Shown here one piece after another: positions 24,044 through 33,927 of a DNA stretch of 42,361 nucleotides. The DNA is from an uncultured Azospirillum sp. (GTDB lineage Bacteria > Pseudomonadota > Alphaproteobacteria > Rickettsiales > UBA3002). The stretch is from positions 1 through 42,361 of the forward strand of contig CAZOFC010000001.1 of assembly GCA_964578965.1 (NCBI GenBank), given 5' to 3'. The position numbers were made by a program, and so were the translations under genes. Position 1 is the first letter of the stretch, and each line of letters starts with the position of its first letter. A model generated the notes under the pieces. The model had not been told where the DNA came from, made no database searches, and was given only the letters and a program-made list of their open reading frames with translations.

Positions 24044-25435
24044 ATGATTAATATACCAAACATAGCGGGCAAATCAGTTGGCGTGGTGGGGCTTGGTAAA
24101 TCCGGCCGCGCGACGGTTGAACGTTTGCTTGGCAGCGGCGCCAAGGTGATGGCGTGGGATGACGGCGAGAACTCGCGCATTGCGGCGCAAAAAGAATTCC
24201 CAAACATTACCATTTCACCGGTTGAATCATGGGATTATGCGCAGCTTGCCTCACTGGTGATGAGCCCCGGAATTTTCCTTACCCACCCTGCGGTGTTGGC
24301 GGCGCAAAAGCAGGGGGTGGAAGTCATCGGCGATATTGAACTACTGTATCGCGCGCAGCCGAACGCCCGTTATGTTTGTATTACCGGCACGAATGGTAAA
24401 TCGACCACCACCACGCTGATTGCACATGTGCTAAAAGCCTGCGGTAAGCGCGTGGAAGTGGGCGGCAACCTTGGCACGCCAGCACTAGCGCTTGCCCCAC
24501 TCGAGGCAGATGGTATTTACGTGCTGGAGCTGTCTTCCTACCAACTCGATTTGGTGCGCTCGACGCGCTTCCAGACCTCGGTTTTTCTCAATATTTCCCC
24601 TGACCATCTCGACCATCATGGCAGTATGGAAAACTATGTGGCTGCGAAGAAGCATATCTTTGATCGCATGCAAAAAAGTGATGTGGCGATTGTTGGGGTG
24701 GATGACGCGACGAGTGAATCCATTGCCCGTGAACTAATTGTTGGCAAGCGCCAATGTGTGATTCCCATCTCGGCGCAAAAGCCAATGCAAAACGGGGTGT
24801 TTGTAACACATGGGGTGGTGCATAATCGCTTTGGTCTGCGCGAAGCGATGGGCGATATACGCAGCGTAAAATCGCTGCAAGGCGAGCATAACTGGCAGAA
24901 TGCCGCAGCGGCGTATGCGGCGTGTCTGGTGAATGACTGCGAGCATGACGCGATAATTGCCGCGATGCAGACCTATGGGGGCCTTGCGCACCGCATGGAG
25001 TGGCTGGGTGAAATTGCAGGCGTTCAGTTCGTGAATGATAGTAAGGCAACGAATGCCGATGCAGCCGAAAAAGCGCTCAAGACCTACGATAATATTTACT
25101 GGATTATTGGTGGGGTGGCAAAAGAGGGGGGTATTGCACCACTGGCAAAATATTTCCCCAAAGTGCGTCATGCCTACACGATCGGTGAGGCGGCCGATGA
25201 CTTTGCCAAAACCCTTGCTGGGCAGGTGGCAACCACCGCCTGCGGTACGCTGGAGAAGGCATTTGCTGCCGCCAGTGCGGATGCGTTGCGCGATGGGATA
25301 AAAGGGGCCGCGGTGCTGCTCTCACCGGCGTGTGCGTCGTTCGATCAGTTTACGAATTTTGAGGTGCGGGGCAAAGCATTCGTAGCATGTTTTGAGGCGC
25401 TGAAAGCAGGGGGCACCCATGCGGCAACCGCTTGA
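24044..25435 (+). CDS. murD: UDP-N-acetylmuramoylalanine--D-glutamate ligase
   Basis: 463 aa from MINIPNIAGKSVGVVGLGKSGRA. TGTNGKSTTT P-loop. The upstream 35 codons of ORF 23939 lie in the repeat-containing spacer. Confidence 0.93.
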   Translation: MINIPNIAGKSVGVVGLGKSGRATVERLLGSGAKVMAWDDGENSRIAAQKEFPNITISPVESWDYAQLASLVMSPGIFLTHPAVLAAQKQGVEVIGDIELLYRAQPNARYVCITGTNGKSTTTTLIAHVLKACGKRVEVGGNLGTPALALAPLEADGIYVLELSSYQLDLVRSTRFQTSVFLNISPDHLDHHGSMENYVAAKKHIFDRMQKSDVAIVGVDDATSESIARELIVGKRQCVIPISAQKPMQNGVFVTHGVVHNRFGLREAMGDIRSVKSLQGEHNWQNAAAAYAACLVNDCEHDAIIAAMQTYGGLAHRMEWLGEIAGVQFVNDSKATNADAAEKALKTYDNIYWIIGGVAKEGGIAPLAKYFPKVRHAYTIGEAADDFAKTLAGQVATTACGTLEKAFAAASADALRDGIKGAAVLLSPACASFDQFTNFEVRGKAFVACFEALKAGGTHAATA

Positions 25436-26582
25436 TAGGCGCAACACCTCGGCGCTTGGCCGCTGGTGGTTCACGGTCGATCGCACCAGCTTTTTTTGCA
25501 TGATGGCGCTGATCTGTATCGGCTTCTTTCTGGTCATTGCGGGTAGCCCGCCCGTTGCACGGCGGCTTGGCTATACGGATTTTTATTTTGTCTCGCGCCA
25601 CCAGATTTTTTTGGGGGTGTCGGCACTCGTTATGGTCATCGTCTCGATGATGGATGTTTCGCGCATTCGTAAATTGGCGCTACTTGGCTTTGCCGTAAGT
25701 TTTATTTTGCTGCTGCTGCTGCCGCTGATTGGCTTTGAGAATAAAGGCTCAATCCGCTGGTTGCGGTTTGGTGGGTTATCGATTCAGCCCTCGGAATTCA
25801 TGAAGCCTTGTTTTGCGGTGGTGCTGGCCTGGATTTTCTCGCGGCGTCTGACGCACCCGCATTTTGCAAGCTACCGGATTGCGATTGCCGCCTATGCAGT
25901 GGTGGCGTTTTTGCTCATCATCCAGCCGGATTTTGGCATGACGGTAACGATTACCGGCATGTTCGGGGTGCAGCTATTTTTGGCGGGCATTTCGTTCATC
26001 TGGGTCATTGGCATGGTGGTGATGGGCATTGGCGGGGTAATCGCTGCTTATTTCGCGCTGCCGCATGTGGCCTCGCGCATCGACCGTTTCCTTGACCCAT
26101 CGAGTGGCGATACTTATCAGGTCGCCAAATCGCTTGAGGCATTCAAAGGCGGTGGCTGGTTTGGCCGCGGGCCGGGCGAGGGGGTGGTGAAGCAGCATAT
26201 CCCCGATTCGCATACTGACTTTATTTTTGCGGTGGCGGGCGAGGAATTCGGTCTGCTGTTTTGCATGCTGATTGTGCTGCTGTTTGCGGTGATTGTGGTG
26301 CGTGGCTTTCTGCGTATGGGGCAGGAGCCCGATAGTTTCCGCATGATTGCGGTGGCGGGGTTGCTGGCCGAATTTGGTATTCAATCCATCGTTAATATGG
26401 GGGTGGCGGTGAGCTTGCTACCTGCCAAGGGGATGACACTGCCGTTCCTCAGCTATGGCGGTTCATCGCTCATTGCGATGGCGGGCGGTATGGGTATGAT
26501 GTTGGCGCTGACCCGCAAGCGTTACGGTGCGCCACGCCAAGAACGCAGCAACCACATCCCCTCGCGCTACGTGCCGCGATAG
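25419..26582 (+). CDS. ftsW: peptidoglycan glycosyltransferase FtsW (SEDS family)
   Basis: 387 aa, polytopic. DSHTDFIFAV and LPAKGMTLPFLSYGGSS motifs. 17-nt overlap with murD. Confidence 0.92.
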   Translation: MRQPLDRRNTSALGRWWFTVDRTSFFCMMALICIGFFLVIAGSPPVARRLGYTDFYFVSRHQIFLGVSALVMVIVSMMDVSRIRKLALLGFAVSFILLLLLPLIGFENKGSIRWLRFGGLSIQPSEFMKPCFAVVLAWIFSRRLTHPHFASYRIAIAAYAVVAFLLIIQPDFGMTVTITGMFGVQLFLAGISFIWVIGMVVMGIGGVIAAYFALPHVASRIDRFLDPSSGDTYQVAKSLEAFKGGGWFGRGPGEGVVKQHIPDSHTDFIFAVAGEEFGLLFCMLIVLLFAVIVVRGFLRMGQEPDSFRMIAVAGLLAEFGIQSIVNMGVAVSLLPAKGMTLPFLSYGGSSLIAMAGGMGMMLALTRKRYGAPRQERSNHIPSRYVPR

Positions 26583-26645
26583 CAACCTTGAATAAACCTA
26601 ACGAAATGCTTGCCTAAAGCGCGCCTGCCGAGCAGGATGCGGCGC

Positions 26646-27755
26646 ATGAGCAAATCATCATCACGCGTAATCGTTCTCGCGGCTGGGGGCACCGGGGGGC
26701 ATATCTTCCCCGCCGTGGCGCTGGCCGAGGTGTTGCGCGCGCGTGGCTTTGAGCCACACCTGATTACGGATCATCGCTTCCATCAGTATAATAAAACGAG
26801 CGGTGAAGGGGTGCTTGGGCAGATCCCTATCCATACCATCCGTGCCGGGTCGCTCGGTGGTGGGGTGCTGCGCAAGATAAAGAATCTGATGGGTATTTCC
26901 ATCGGTGTGCTGCAAGCGTGGATGCTGCTGCGTCGCCTCAAGCCGCGCGCGGTGGTGGGCTTTGGGGGGTATCCCTCGTTCCCGACCATGGTTGCTTCCA
27001 TCCTGCGTCGCGAGCGGATGATTATTCACGAGCAGAATTCCGTGCTTGGGCGTGTGAACCGCCTGCTGGCGCGCTATGGCGCAACGATTGCGACAAGCTA
27101 TGCCGATACACGCAAACTGCCGCCTGCGGCTGGCCCGCGTGTGGTGGTGACGGGTAACCCCGTGCGCGCGGCGGTGTGTGCGATTGCAAAAGTGGATTAC
27201 CCAGAATTGACCGAGGATGGTTTTTTACGCGTGCTCGTGATTGGTGGCAGCCAGGGCGCGAGCGTGTTCAGTGAGGTGATTCCGCAAGCGCTTGGCCAAT
27301 TGCCACCCGAGTTACGCGCCCGCATTCGCCTTGACCAGCAATGCCGTGCTGCAGAGATCGATGCAGTACGCGCGAAATATCAGGCACTTCACATGCAGGT
27401 GGATATTGCGCCATTCTTTGCGGATGTGGCGGCACGGCTTGCCGCCGCGCACCTCGTCATTTGCCGGGCGGGGGCAAGCACAGTGGCCGAGTTGATGGTG
27501 GCTGGCAAACCAGCGATTTTAGTGCCACTGCCGATTGCGACGGATAACCATCAATATTACAACGCGCAGGCGATTGAAGACACCCAGGCCGGTTGGGTGG
27601 TGACCCAGCAGGCCTTCACACCCGAAGCGCTGGCCACGAAACTTGAGACCTTGATGCGCATGCCGCGCCGCTTGACGCCGGCGTCCATGGCCATGCGCCA
27701 GCTTGCCAATGTGCACGCCGCTGAGGCGTTAGCGGATGTGGTAATTAACGGATAA
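26646..27755 (+). CDS. murG: undecaprenyldiphospho-muramoylpentapeptide beta-N-acetylglucosaminyltransferase
   Basis: 369 aa from [24 protein letters not shown]-loop GGTGGH and C-terminal HQYYNA motif. Confidence 0.93.
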   Translation: MSKSSSRVIVLAAGGTGGHIFPAVALAEVLRARGFEPHLITDHRFHQYNKTSGEGVLGQIPIHTIRAGSLGGGVLRKIKNLMGISIGVLQAWMLLRRLKPRAVVGFGGYPSFPTMVASILRRERMIIHEQNSVLGRVNRLLARYGATIATSYADTRKLPPAAGPRVVVTGNPVRAAVCAIAKVDYPELTEDGFLRVLVIGGSQGASVFSEVIPQALGQLPPELRARIRLDQQCRAAEIDAVRAKYQALHMQVDIAPFFADVAARLAAAHLVICRAGASTVAELMVAGKPAILVPLPIATDNHQYYNAQAIEDTQAGWVVTQQAFTPEALATKLETLMRMPRRLTPASMAMRQLANVHAAEALADVVING

Positions 27756-27765
27756 TGAGGCCACT

Positions 27766-29241
27766 ATGATCAAGAAACATATTCGCGCATTCAGCCTTGG
27801 TAACCACATGCCACTTGATGTGGGCATGCTGCATTTTGTGGGCATTGGTGGCATTGGCATGAGCGGGATTGCCGAGGTGCTGCACAACCTTGGCTATCAG
27901 GTTCAGGGTTCGGATTTGGCGGATAATTACACCGTCGAGCGCTTGCGTAAAAATGGTATCAAGGTGGTCATCGGCCCGCACCAGGCGAGTAACATTCAAG
28001 GTGCTGCGGTGCTGGTGATTTCAAGCGCGGTGAAAGCCGATAACCCCGAGGTGGTGGAAGCGCGCGCACAACGCATACCCGTGGTGCGCAGGGCAGAAAT
28101 GCTGGCGGAACTGATGCGCCTCAAGGCCACCATTTCCATTGCGGGCACACATGGCAAAACCACGACGACCTCGCTGATTTCCACGCTGCTCATGTCGGCG
28201 GGGAAGAAGCCCACGGTGATCAACGGTGGTATCATCAACGCCTATGGCACCAATGCGATTTTGGGCGAAGGCGAGTGGATGGTGGTCGAGGCGGATGAGA
28301 GCGACGGCACCTTTATTCGCATTCCCTCCACCATCGCGGTGGTGACGAATATCGACCCCGAGCACCTCGATCATTACGGGAATTTTGAGAACCTCAAGGG
28401 GGCGTTTCACCAGTTCATCACACAACTGCCGTTCTATGGCTTTGGCGTGCTATGCGCCGACCACCCTGAGGTGCAGGCCCTGATGGCGAAGGTATTCGAC
28501 CGGCGCATGATTTCCTATGGCACCAGCCCGCAGGCGGATGTGCGCGCGGTGAATATTCGCCAGGTATCGGGTGGGCAGCTGTTCGATGTCGAGGTGCTCG
28601 ACCGTAGCAGCGGTGCGCCGCAGGTGATGAAGGATGTGGCACTGCCGATGTATGGCATGCATAATGTGCGCAACGCACTGGCGGCGATTGCAGTCGCGCG
28701 CGAGGTGGGGATTGATGATGCGAATATTTTAAAAGCGCTGAATGCGTTTGAGGGCGTGAAGCGCCGCTTCACCAAAACGGGTGAGGTGAATGGTATCACC
28801 GTGATTGATGATTATGGCCACCACCCCGTGGAAATTGCTGCGACGTTGAGCAGTGCGCGCCAAGCGGTGGAAGCGAAGGGCGGGCGTGTGATTGCGGTGG
28901 TGCAGCCGCATCGCTATACCCGCCTTGCTAGCCTGTTTAGCGATTTTTGCACCTGTTTCTCGGATGCGGACACCGTGATTGTGACCGATGTCTATACCGC
29001 TGGGGAAGACCCAATCGAGGGTGCGAACCGTGATGCGCTGGTGGAAGGCATTCGCAACCATGGGCATAAGCATGTGCTGCCGCTTGAAAGCGAAAAAGCA
29101 TTGGCGGGCGTTGTTGCCAGCATTGCTCAGCCCAATGATTTTGTGATTTGTTTGGGGGCAGGCAGCATCAGCAAATGGGCGGCAAGTTTGCCTAAGGAAC
29201 TTGAACCACTGATTGCGGCAAAAGTAAAAGAGCGTGCGTAG
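27766..29241 (+). CDS. murC: UDP-N-acetylmuramate--L-alanine ligase
   Basis: 491 aa. [15 protein letters not shown] and [10 protein letters not shown] motifs. Confidence 0.93.
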   Translation: MIKKHIRAFSLGNHMPLDVGMLHFVGIGGIGMSGIAEVLHNLGYQVQGSDLADNYTVERLRKNGIKVVIGPHQASNIQGAAVLVISSAVKADNPEVVEARAQRIPVVRRAEMLAELMRLKATISIAGTHGKTTTTSLISTLLMSAGKKPTVINGGIINAYGTNAILGEGEWMVVEADESDGTFIRIPSTIAVVTNIDPEHLDHYGNFENLKGAFHQFITQLPFYGFGVLCADHPEVQALMAKVFDRRMISYGTSPQADVRAVNIRQVSGGQLFDVEVLDRSSGAPQVMKDVALPMYGMHNVRNALAAIAVAREVGIDDANILKALNAFEGVKRRFTKTGEVNGITVIDDYGHHPVEIAATLSSARQAVEAKGGRVIAVVQPHRYTRLASLFSDFCTCFSDADTVIVTDVYTAGEDPIEGANRDALVEGIRNHGHKHVLPLESEKALAGVVASIAQPNDFVICLGAGSISKWAASLPKELEPLIAAKVKERA

Positions 29242-29264
29242 CGTGACACATATTTATCAACGTC

Positions 29265-29349
29265 GTCATTGCGAGGAGCGACGCGACGCGGCAATCCACC
29301 TTTCTTTGTGTGGCCAAGATGGATTGCTTCGCTATGCGCTCGCAATGAC
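29265..29349. repeat. REP/MITE-like nested palindromic element in the murC-murB spacer
   Basis: Left arm GTCATTGCGAG...GCAATCCA (29265-29298). Right arm TGGATTGC...CTCGCAATGAC (29320-29349). The outer 11 nt and inner 8 nt are exact reverse complements. Each arm is itself an ATTGC...GCAAT hairpin. Confidence 0.7.
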
Positions 29350-29352
29350 ACA

Positions 29353-30246
29353 ATGAATTTCGATCTTCCCAACGTGCGCGGGCAATACCGCTTTGATGCG
29401 CCGCTGAGCAAAACCAACTGGTTTGGCGTGGGCGGGCCAGCAGAGGTATTGTTCAAGCCCGAAGATGCTGCCGATTTGGCGCATTTCATGAAGCAAAAGC
29501 CTGCGGATTTGCCGGTCACGGTCATCGGCGTGGGCAGTAACCTGATTGTGCGCGATGGCGGCATTCGCGGGGTAGTGATTCGCCTTGGCCGGGTGTTTAA
29601 TGAAGCGATGCTTGAGGGCGAGGTGATGGTTGCGGGCGCGGCGATGCTCGACCTCAACCTTGCGCGTGTTGCGGCCAGCCATGGCCGCGCCGGGCTTGAA
29701 TTCATGAGTGGCATTCCGGGCACGGTCGGCGGCGCACTGGCCATGAATGCAGGCGCCTATGGGCGCGAGGTGAAGGATGTGCTCATCAAAGCCGAAGCAG
29801 TGACGCGCGAGGGTGAGATACTCGAATTAATGGCGGCCGAAATGAAGTATAGTTACCGCCATTATGGTGGCCCAAAAGGCCTGATTTTTACCCGCGCATG
29901 GTTTGCTACCACGAGCGATGCCCCTGCGGCGATTGACGCGCGCATTGCCGAAATTCAGCAAAAACGGGAGGCCACACAGCCGATCCGTGAACGCACGGGG
30001 GGCAGCACGTTCGCTAACCCCGAAGGCCACAAGGCCTGGCAACTCATTGATGCGGCAGGCTGCCGTGGCTTGACGATTGGGGGGGCGCAAATGAGCGAAC
30101 TGCATTGCAATTTTATGATCAACACTGGCAACGCCACCGCCAAGGATTTAGAGACGCTGGGCGAAGAAGTGCGCGCACGGGTGCTTGCACACTCGGGGGT
30201 TGAACTTAGATGGGAAATTAAACGCATCGGCAGCGCTGCATCATAA
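29353..30246 (+). CDS. murB: UDP-N-acetylenolpyruvoylglucosamine reductase
   Basis: 297 aa from MNFDLPNVRGQY. GGPAEVLF, GVGSNLIVRDGG and GGSTFANP motifs. The upstream 28 codons of ORF 29269 read through the palindromic element. Confidence 0.92.
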   Translation: MNFDLPNVRGQYRFDAPLSKTNWFGVGGPAEVLFKPEDAADLAHFMKQKPADLPVTVIGVGSNLIVRDGGIRGVVIRLGRVFNEAMLEGEVMVAGAAMLDLNLARVAASHGRAGLEFMSGIPGTVGGALAMNAGAYGREVKDVLIKAEAVTREGEILELMAAEMKYSYRHYGGPKGLIFTRAWFATTSDAPAAIDARIAEIQQKREATQPIRERTGGSTFANPEGHKAWQLIDAAGCRGLTIGGAQMSELHCNFMINTGNATAKDLETLGEEVRARVLAHSGVELRWEIKRIGSAAS

Positions 30247-30487
30247 ACCTTTTCTGACTTTAAATCTGCTTGGAATGGCTCCCCCCTCAACCACGTCGTG
30301 TACTAATATGTACACTCATGGTTTCGGTACCCATTCCTGCGCGCTTTTGTGCCAGAAAAGGTTTCTGATGGTAGCGCTCGTATACCCATTGCATCCCCCG
30401 CGTGATTGCGCTAAGGTTTCATCAACAAAAAAATCATCGCATCGGCAGCAATCGACTTACTGTTTCATTTTCAGGATGACGCACGCC

Positions 30488-31387
30488 ATGCATGTTGCCG
30501 TTTTAAAAGGTGGATTATCAGCCGAACGCGAAGTCTCGCTCACCAGTGGCGCGGCCGTGGAAAAGGCGTTGCTCGCGCTTGGCCACACGGTGGTGGCGAT
30601 TGATGTTTCAGCGAGCATCGCCGAGGATTTGGCGCGTGCAAAACCTGATGTGGTGTTCAATGCACTTCATGGCCGTTATGGTGAAGATGGCTGTATTCAA
30701 GGCGTGCTTGAACTGTTGAAGATTCCCTACACCCATTCTGGGGTGCTTGCCTCGGCATTGGCGATGGATAAGCCCATGGCCAAAGTGATTTTTGAAAAAG
30801 CCGGCATCCGCTGCGCGAAGGGAATTGTTGCGAAAAAAGAAGAGCTGATGGGGCGCGATGTGATGCCGCGCCCGTATGTGGTCAAGCCCGCCAATGAAGG
30901 CTCGAGTGTCGGCGTGAAGTTGGTATTCGAGAAAGATAATTTCTTCTTCACGCGTGAGAACTGGCCCTATGGCGAGACGGTGCTCGTTGAGCAGTATATT
31001 CCCGGGCGCGAGCTGACCTGTGCGGTGCTTGATGATGTGCCGCTTGGGGTGACGGAAATTACGATTCCTAACGGCTTTTATGATTATGAAAATAAATATA
31101 CTGCCGGTGGCAGTGTGCATATTTGCCCGGCGCAATTGCCTCAAGCCATTTACGACGAGGTGATGGCCGCAGCGCTTGCCGCACACCGCGCGCTTGGCTG
31201 CCGCAGCCTCACGCGTTCGGATTTCCGCTGGGATGAGAACGGCGATGGTAAGGTGTATATTTTAGAAACAAACACCCAGCCGGGGATGACGCCGATGTCG
31301 CTCAGCCCCGAGCTTGCGGCCTATGTAGGGATTGATTTTAATACGCTTGTTGCGAAAATTCTAGCTACGGCGAGGCTTGATTCATGA
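30488..31387 (+). CDS. ddl: D-alanine--D-alanine ligase
   Basis: 299 aa from MHVAVLKGGLSAEREVSL. FNALHGRYGEDGCIQG and LETNTQPGMT motifs. The ATG at 30476 is an alternative, but AGGA at 30473-30476 is better spaced for 30488. Confidence 0.92.
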   Translation: MHVAVLKGGLSAEREVSLTSGAAVEKALLALGHTVVAIDVSASIAEDLARAKPDVVFNALHGRYGEDGCIQGVLELLKIPYTHSGVLASALAMDKPMAKVIFEKAGIRCAKGIVAKKEELMGRDVMPRPYVVKPANEGSSVGVKLVFEKDNFFFTRENWPYGETVLVEQYIPGRELTCAVLDDVPLGVTEITIPNGFYDYENKYTAGGSVHICPAQLPQAIYDEVMAAALAAHRALGCRSLTRSDFRWDENGDGKVYILETNTQPGMTPMSLSPELAAYVGIDFNTLVAKILATARLDS

Positions 31388-32268
31388 CTAGTCGCGCGCG
31401 CGTGAAAGTGAAGCAAGGCAATGTGACGCGTGCACAGGCGGTGGCGGATTTTGGCCGCAAAAAAGCCAAGCAGCGCCGTGCACATCTCAAGCGCCGCGTG
31501 TTCATGGTGGGGGGTGTTGCGCTTTTGGCCTATGGCGCGATTGGCAGCTGGTGGTTGGTGCATACAGGCAAGTTCCAGGAAGCCTTGGCGAAAAGCGAAG
31601 CAAGCTTTTGGCAACGCACGGCATCGGTTGGGTTTCGACTTGACCAGGTGACGCTGAATGGACGCAAACATGCGGATGTGGCAGCGATTAAATCTGCACT
31701 GGGTATTACGCAGGGTGATCCGATTTTAGCGTTATCGCTTACGGAAATGAAAACCCGCCTGATGGAGATTGCGGAAGTGAAATCCGTGCATATCGCGCGG
31801 GTGCTACCAAGCGAACTTCAGGTCACCATTACCGAGCGCACGCCCGTAGCATGGTGGCAGCAGGATGGCAAACAAGCGCTGATCGATGCGGATGGCAAGG
31901 TGCTGGCGCGTGAAAAATATGGTAACCCATCGGCGCTGCCGATTGTGGTGGGGGCGGATGCGCCAAAGCATGTTGGCGAATTGCTGGCCATGCTTGAGGC
32001 GACACCGGGCTTAAAGCCCGATGTGGTGGCGGCAGTGCGCGTCGGCGAGCGTCGTTGGAATATTCAGTTGATGCGCGATATTGTGGTGATGCTGCCGGAA
32101 AATAATCCGCGTATGGCGTGGGAGCGCTTTGCGGGGCTGGTGCAAAAAGAATCGCTGTTAAATAAAGCCATTCGCAGTGTGGACATGCGCGTCGAGGACC
32201 GTGTATTCATCATGCCGCTTGAGCAAAAACAAAATCCGATTACCTTGACCACGGCGCGCGAAACATGA
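31384..32268 (+). CDS. ftsQ: cell division protein FtsQ
   Basis: 294 aa. Basic N-terminus, a single TM (VGGVALLAYGAIGSWWLV) and a POTRA-like region (VTLNGRKHADVAAIKSALGI). ATGA overlap with ddl. Confidence 0.88.
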   Translation: MTSRARVKVKQGNVTRAQAVADFGRKKAKQRRAHLKRRVFMVGGVALLAYGAIGSWWLVHTGKFQEALAKSEASFWQRTASVGFRLDQVTLNGRKHADVAAIKSALGITQGDPILALSLTEMKTRLMEIAEVKSVHIARVLPSELQVTITERTPVAWWQQDGKQALIDADGKVLAREKYGNPSALPIVVGADAPKHVGELLAMLEATPGLKPDVVAAVRVGERRWNIQLMRDIVVMLPENNPRMAWERFAGLVQKESLLNKAIRSVDMRVEDRVFIMPLEQKQNPITLTTARET

Positions 32269-32317
32269 TGCCGTTGTGCTTGGTTGCTAAGAACAGGAAT
32301 AGAGGAGTTGACGTGTA

Positions 32318-33571
32318 ATGCGTAAAGCAAGCCCGAACCGCCAAGGCCCGATTGCGGTGCTGGATATTGGCACCACCAAAGTGGTGTGCCTGATTGCGAC
32401 CACGTCGGAAGAGGGCGAATTTGCGGTGACCGGGGTTGGCCACCAACTGGCCAAAGGTATCAAATCCGGCGTGATTGTGGACATTGCGGAAGCGGGCACC
32501 TCTATCACCGCTGCGGTGCACGCGGCTGAGCAAATGGCCGGGGTGACGATTGAGAATATTCTCGTCAGTGCCAATGGCACGAGCCTGAAATCGCGCCATG
32601 TGTCGGTCGAACTCGATGTGCTGGCTGATGGCGTGAGCGATCAGGATGTAGCGGATATTATTTATGAAGGCTGCGCGAGCTTGAGCGCGGAGGATGTGGG
32701 TATCCTTCATTGTTTCCCGGCGCATTACACGCTCGATGGTGTGCGTGGGCTTCGCGACCCGCGTGGCATGATCGGCAAAAAGCTGGGTGCCGATTTGCAG
32801 GTGATCACGGCGCGCGAACAGTATTTAAAAAATGTGGCACAATGTATTGGCCGGGCGCATCTCAATATCTCCGATCATGTGATGGCGTGTCATGCGAGCG
32901 CGCTTTCCGTGCTCGAGCAGGACGAGATGGATCTGGGTGTGACACTCATTGACATGGGCGGCGGTACCACCAGCTTTTCGGTGTTCCTAGGCGGGCGCAA
33001 TATTTATTCGGATGCGATTCCAGTTGGCGGCAACCATGTCACCAATGATATTGCGCAAGGGCTTTCAACCAGCCTGCACCATGCCGAACGCTTGAAAACG
33101 CTGCATGGCAGTGCGGTGAATTCGGTCAAGGATTCGGAAGTGATGATCGATGTGCCGCAGCTGGGTGAGCGCGAGGATGACGACGAGCCAACCACCATGC
33201 CACGCGCGATGCTCGTTGGGGTGATTCGCCCACGCATGGAAGAAATTTTTGAGATGATCCGTAGCAAGCTTGAAGCAGCGGGGGTGGATAAAATCGCTGG
33301 GCGCCGCTGCGTGATTACGGGTGGCGCAAGCCAGATGATTGCGGTGAGTGATTTGGCCGAGCGCATGCTGGGCAAACAAGTGCGCAAAGGCAAACCGATG
33401 CCGATTGCGGGGTTGGCGGAAGCGGTTTCGGGCCCTGCATTTGCAACGGTGATTGGTATGTTGCATTATGTGCAAAAGCGCCCATGGGAAGAAGAAATTC
33501 TCACCGCCAGCGCGGCACGCAAAGGGTGGCTGCCCGAGCGCATCGTGAATTGGTTCAAAGAGAATTTTTAG
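32318..33571 (+). CDS. ftsA: cell division protein FtsA
   Basis: 417 aa. Actin-fold phosphate motifs VLDIGTTKV and DMGGGTT, and a C-terminal amphipathic helix (IVNWFKENF). Confidence 0.93.
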   Translation: MRKASPNRQGPIAVLDIGTTKVVCLIATTSEEGEFAVTGVGHQLAKGIKSGVIVDIAEAGTSITAAVHAAEQMAGVTIENILVSANGTSLKSRHVSVELDVLADGVSDQDVADIIYEGCASLSAEDVGILHCFPAHYTLDGVRGLRDPRGMIGKKLGADLQVITAREQYLKNVAQCIGRAHLNISDHVMACHASALSVLEQDEMDLGVTLIDMGGGTTSFSVFLGGRNIYSDAIPVGGNHVTNDIAQGLSTSLHHAERLKTLHGSAVNSVKDSEVMIDVPQLGEREDDDEPTTMPRAMLVGVIRPRMEEIFEMIRSKLEAAGVDKIAGRRCVITGGASQMIAVSDLAERMLGKQVRKGKPMPIAGLAEAVSGPAFATVIGMLHYVQKRPWEEEILTASAARKGWLPERIVNWFKENF

Positions 33572-33804
33572 CTATAGATTGATTGAAGGTGGCATCGCCC
33601 CCTACGCTTCGATTGCCCCCTCCCTGCGGGCTCGCTTACGCTACGCACGGACTAATCTCAATAAGTGAAAAAATGCGCGCTGGTTCTCAATAGCATCGGT
33701 TGCTACCTTGGCCTGACGGATTTCACTCATTTCAAAGCGATGCACGGTTTGCTGCCTTGCTGAATGAAAGACATTCACAGCCTTACTTTTTATTAAACTT
33801 GCGC

Positions 33805-33833
33805 TTTACATCACGAAAACCACTACCTATAGT
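33805..33833 (+). promoter_or_regulatory. candidate sigma70-type ftsZ promoter
   Basis: TTTACA (33805-33810), a 17-nt spacer, then TATAGT (33828-33833), about 95 nt upstream of the ftsZ ATG. Confidence 0.5.
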
Positions 33834-33927
33834 GTCTCAAAACAGCGGGCTACCGCAATATAAACTCCGGCAAGTGCATCTAAAAAACGTTACGCACCCG
33901 CGCATACCCGCGGCTCTTGGAGGATCT

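Noticed and set aside
33572-33927. CtrA boxes (TTAA-N7-TTAAC) and GANTC methylation sites in the ftsZ and mraZ upstream regions
   Set aside because: Manual scan found only TTAA half-sites or wrong spacings (N9 at about 9797-9813, N10 at about 16057-16074). I found no GANTC in either promoter region, so nothing can be claimed.
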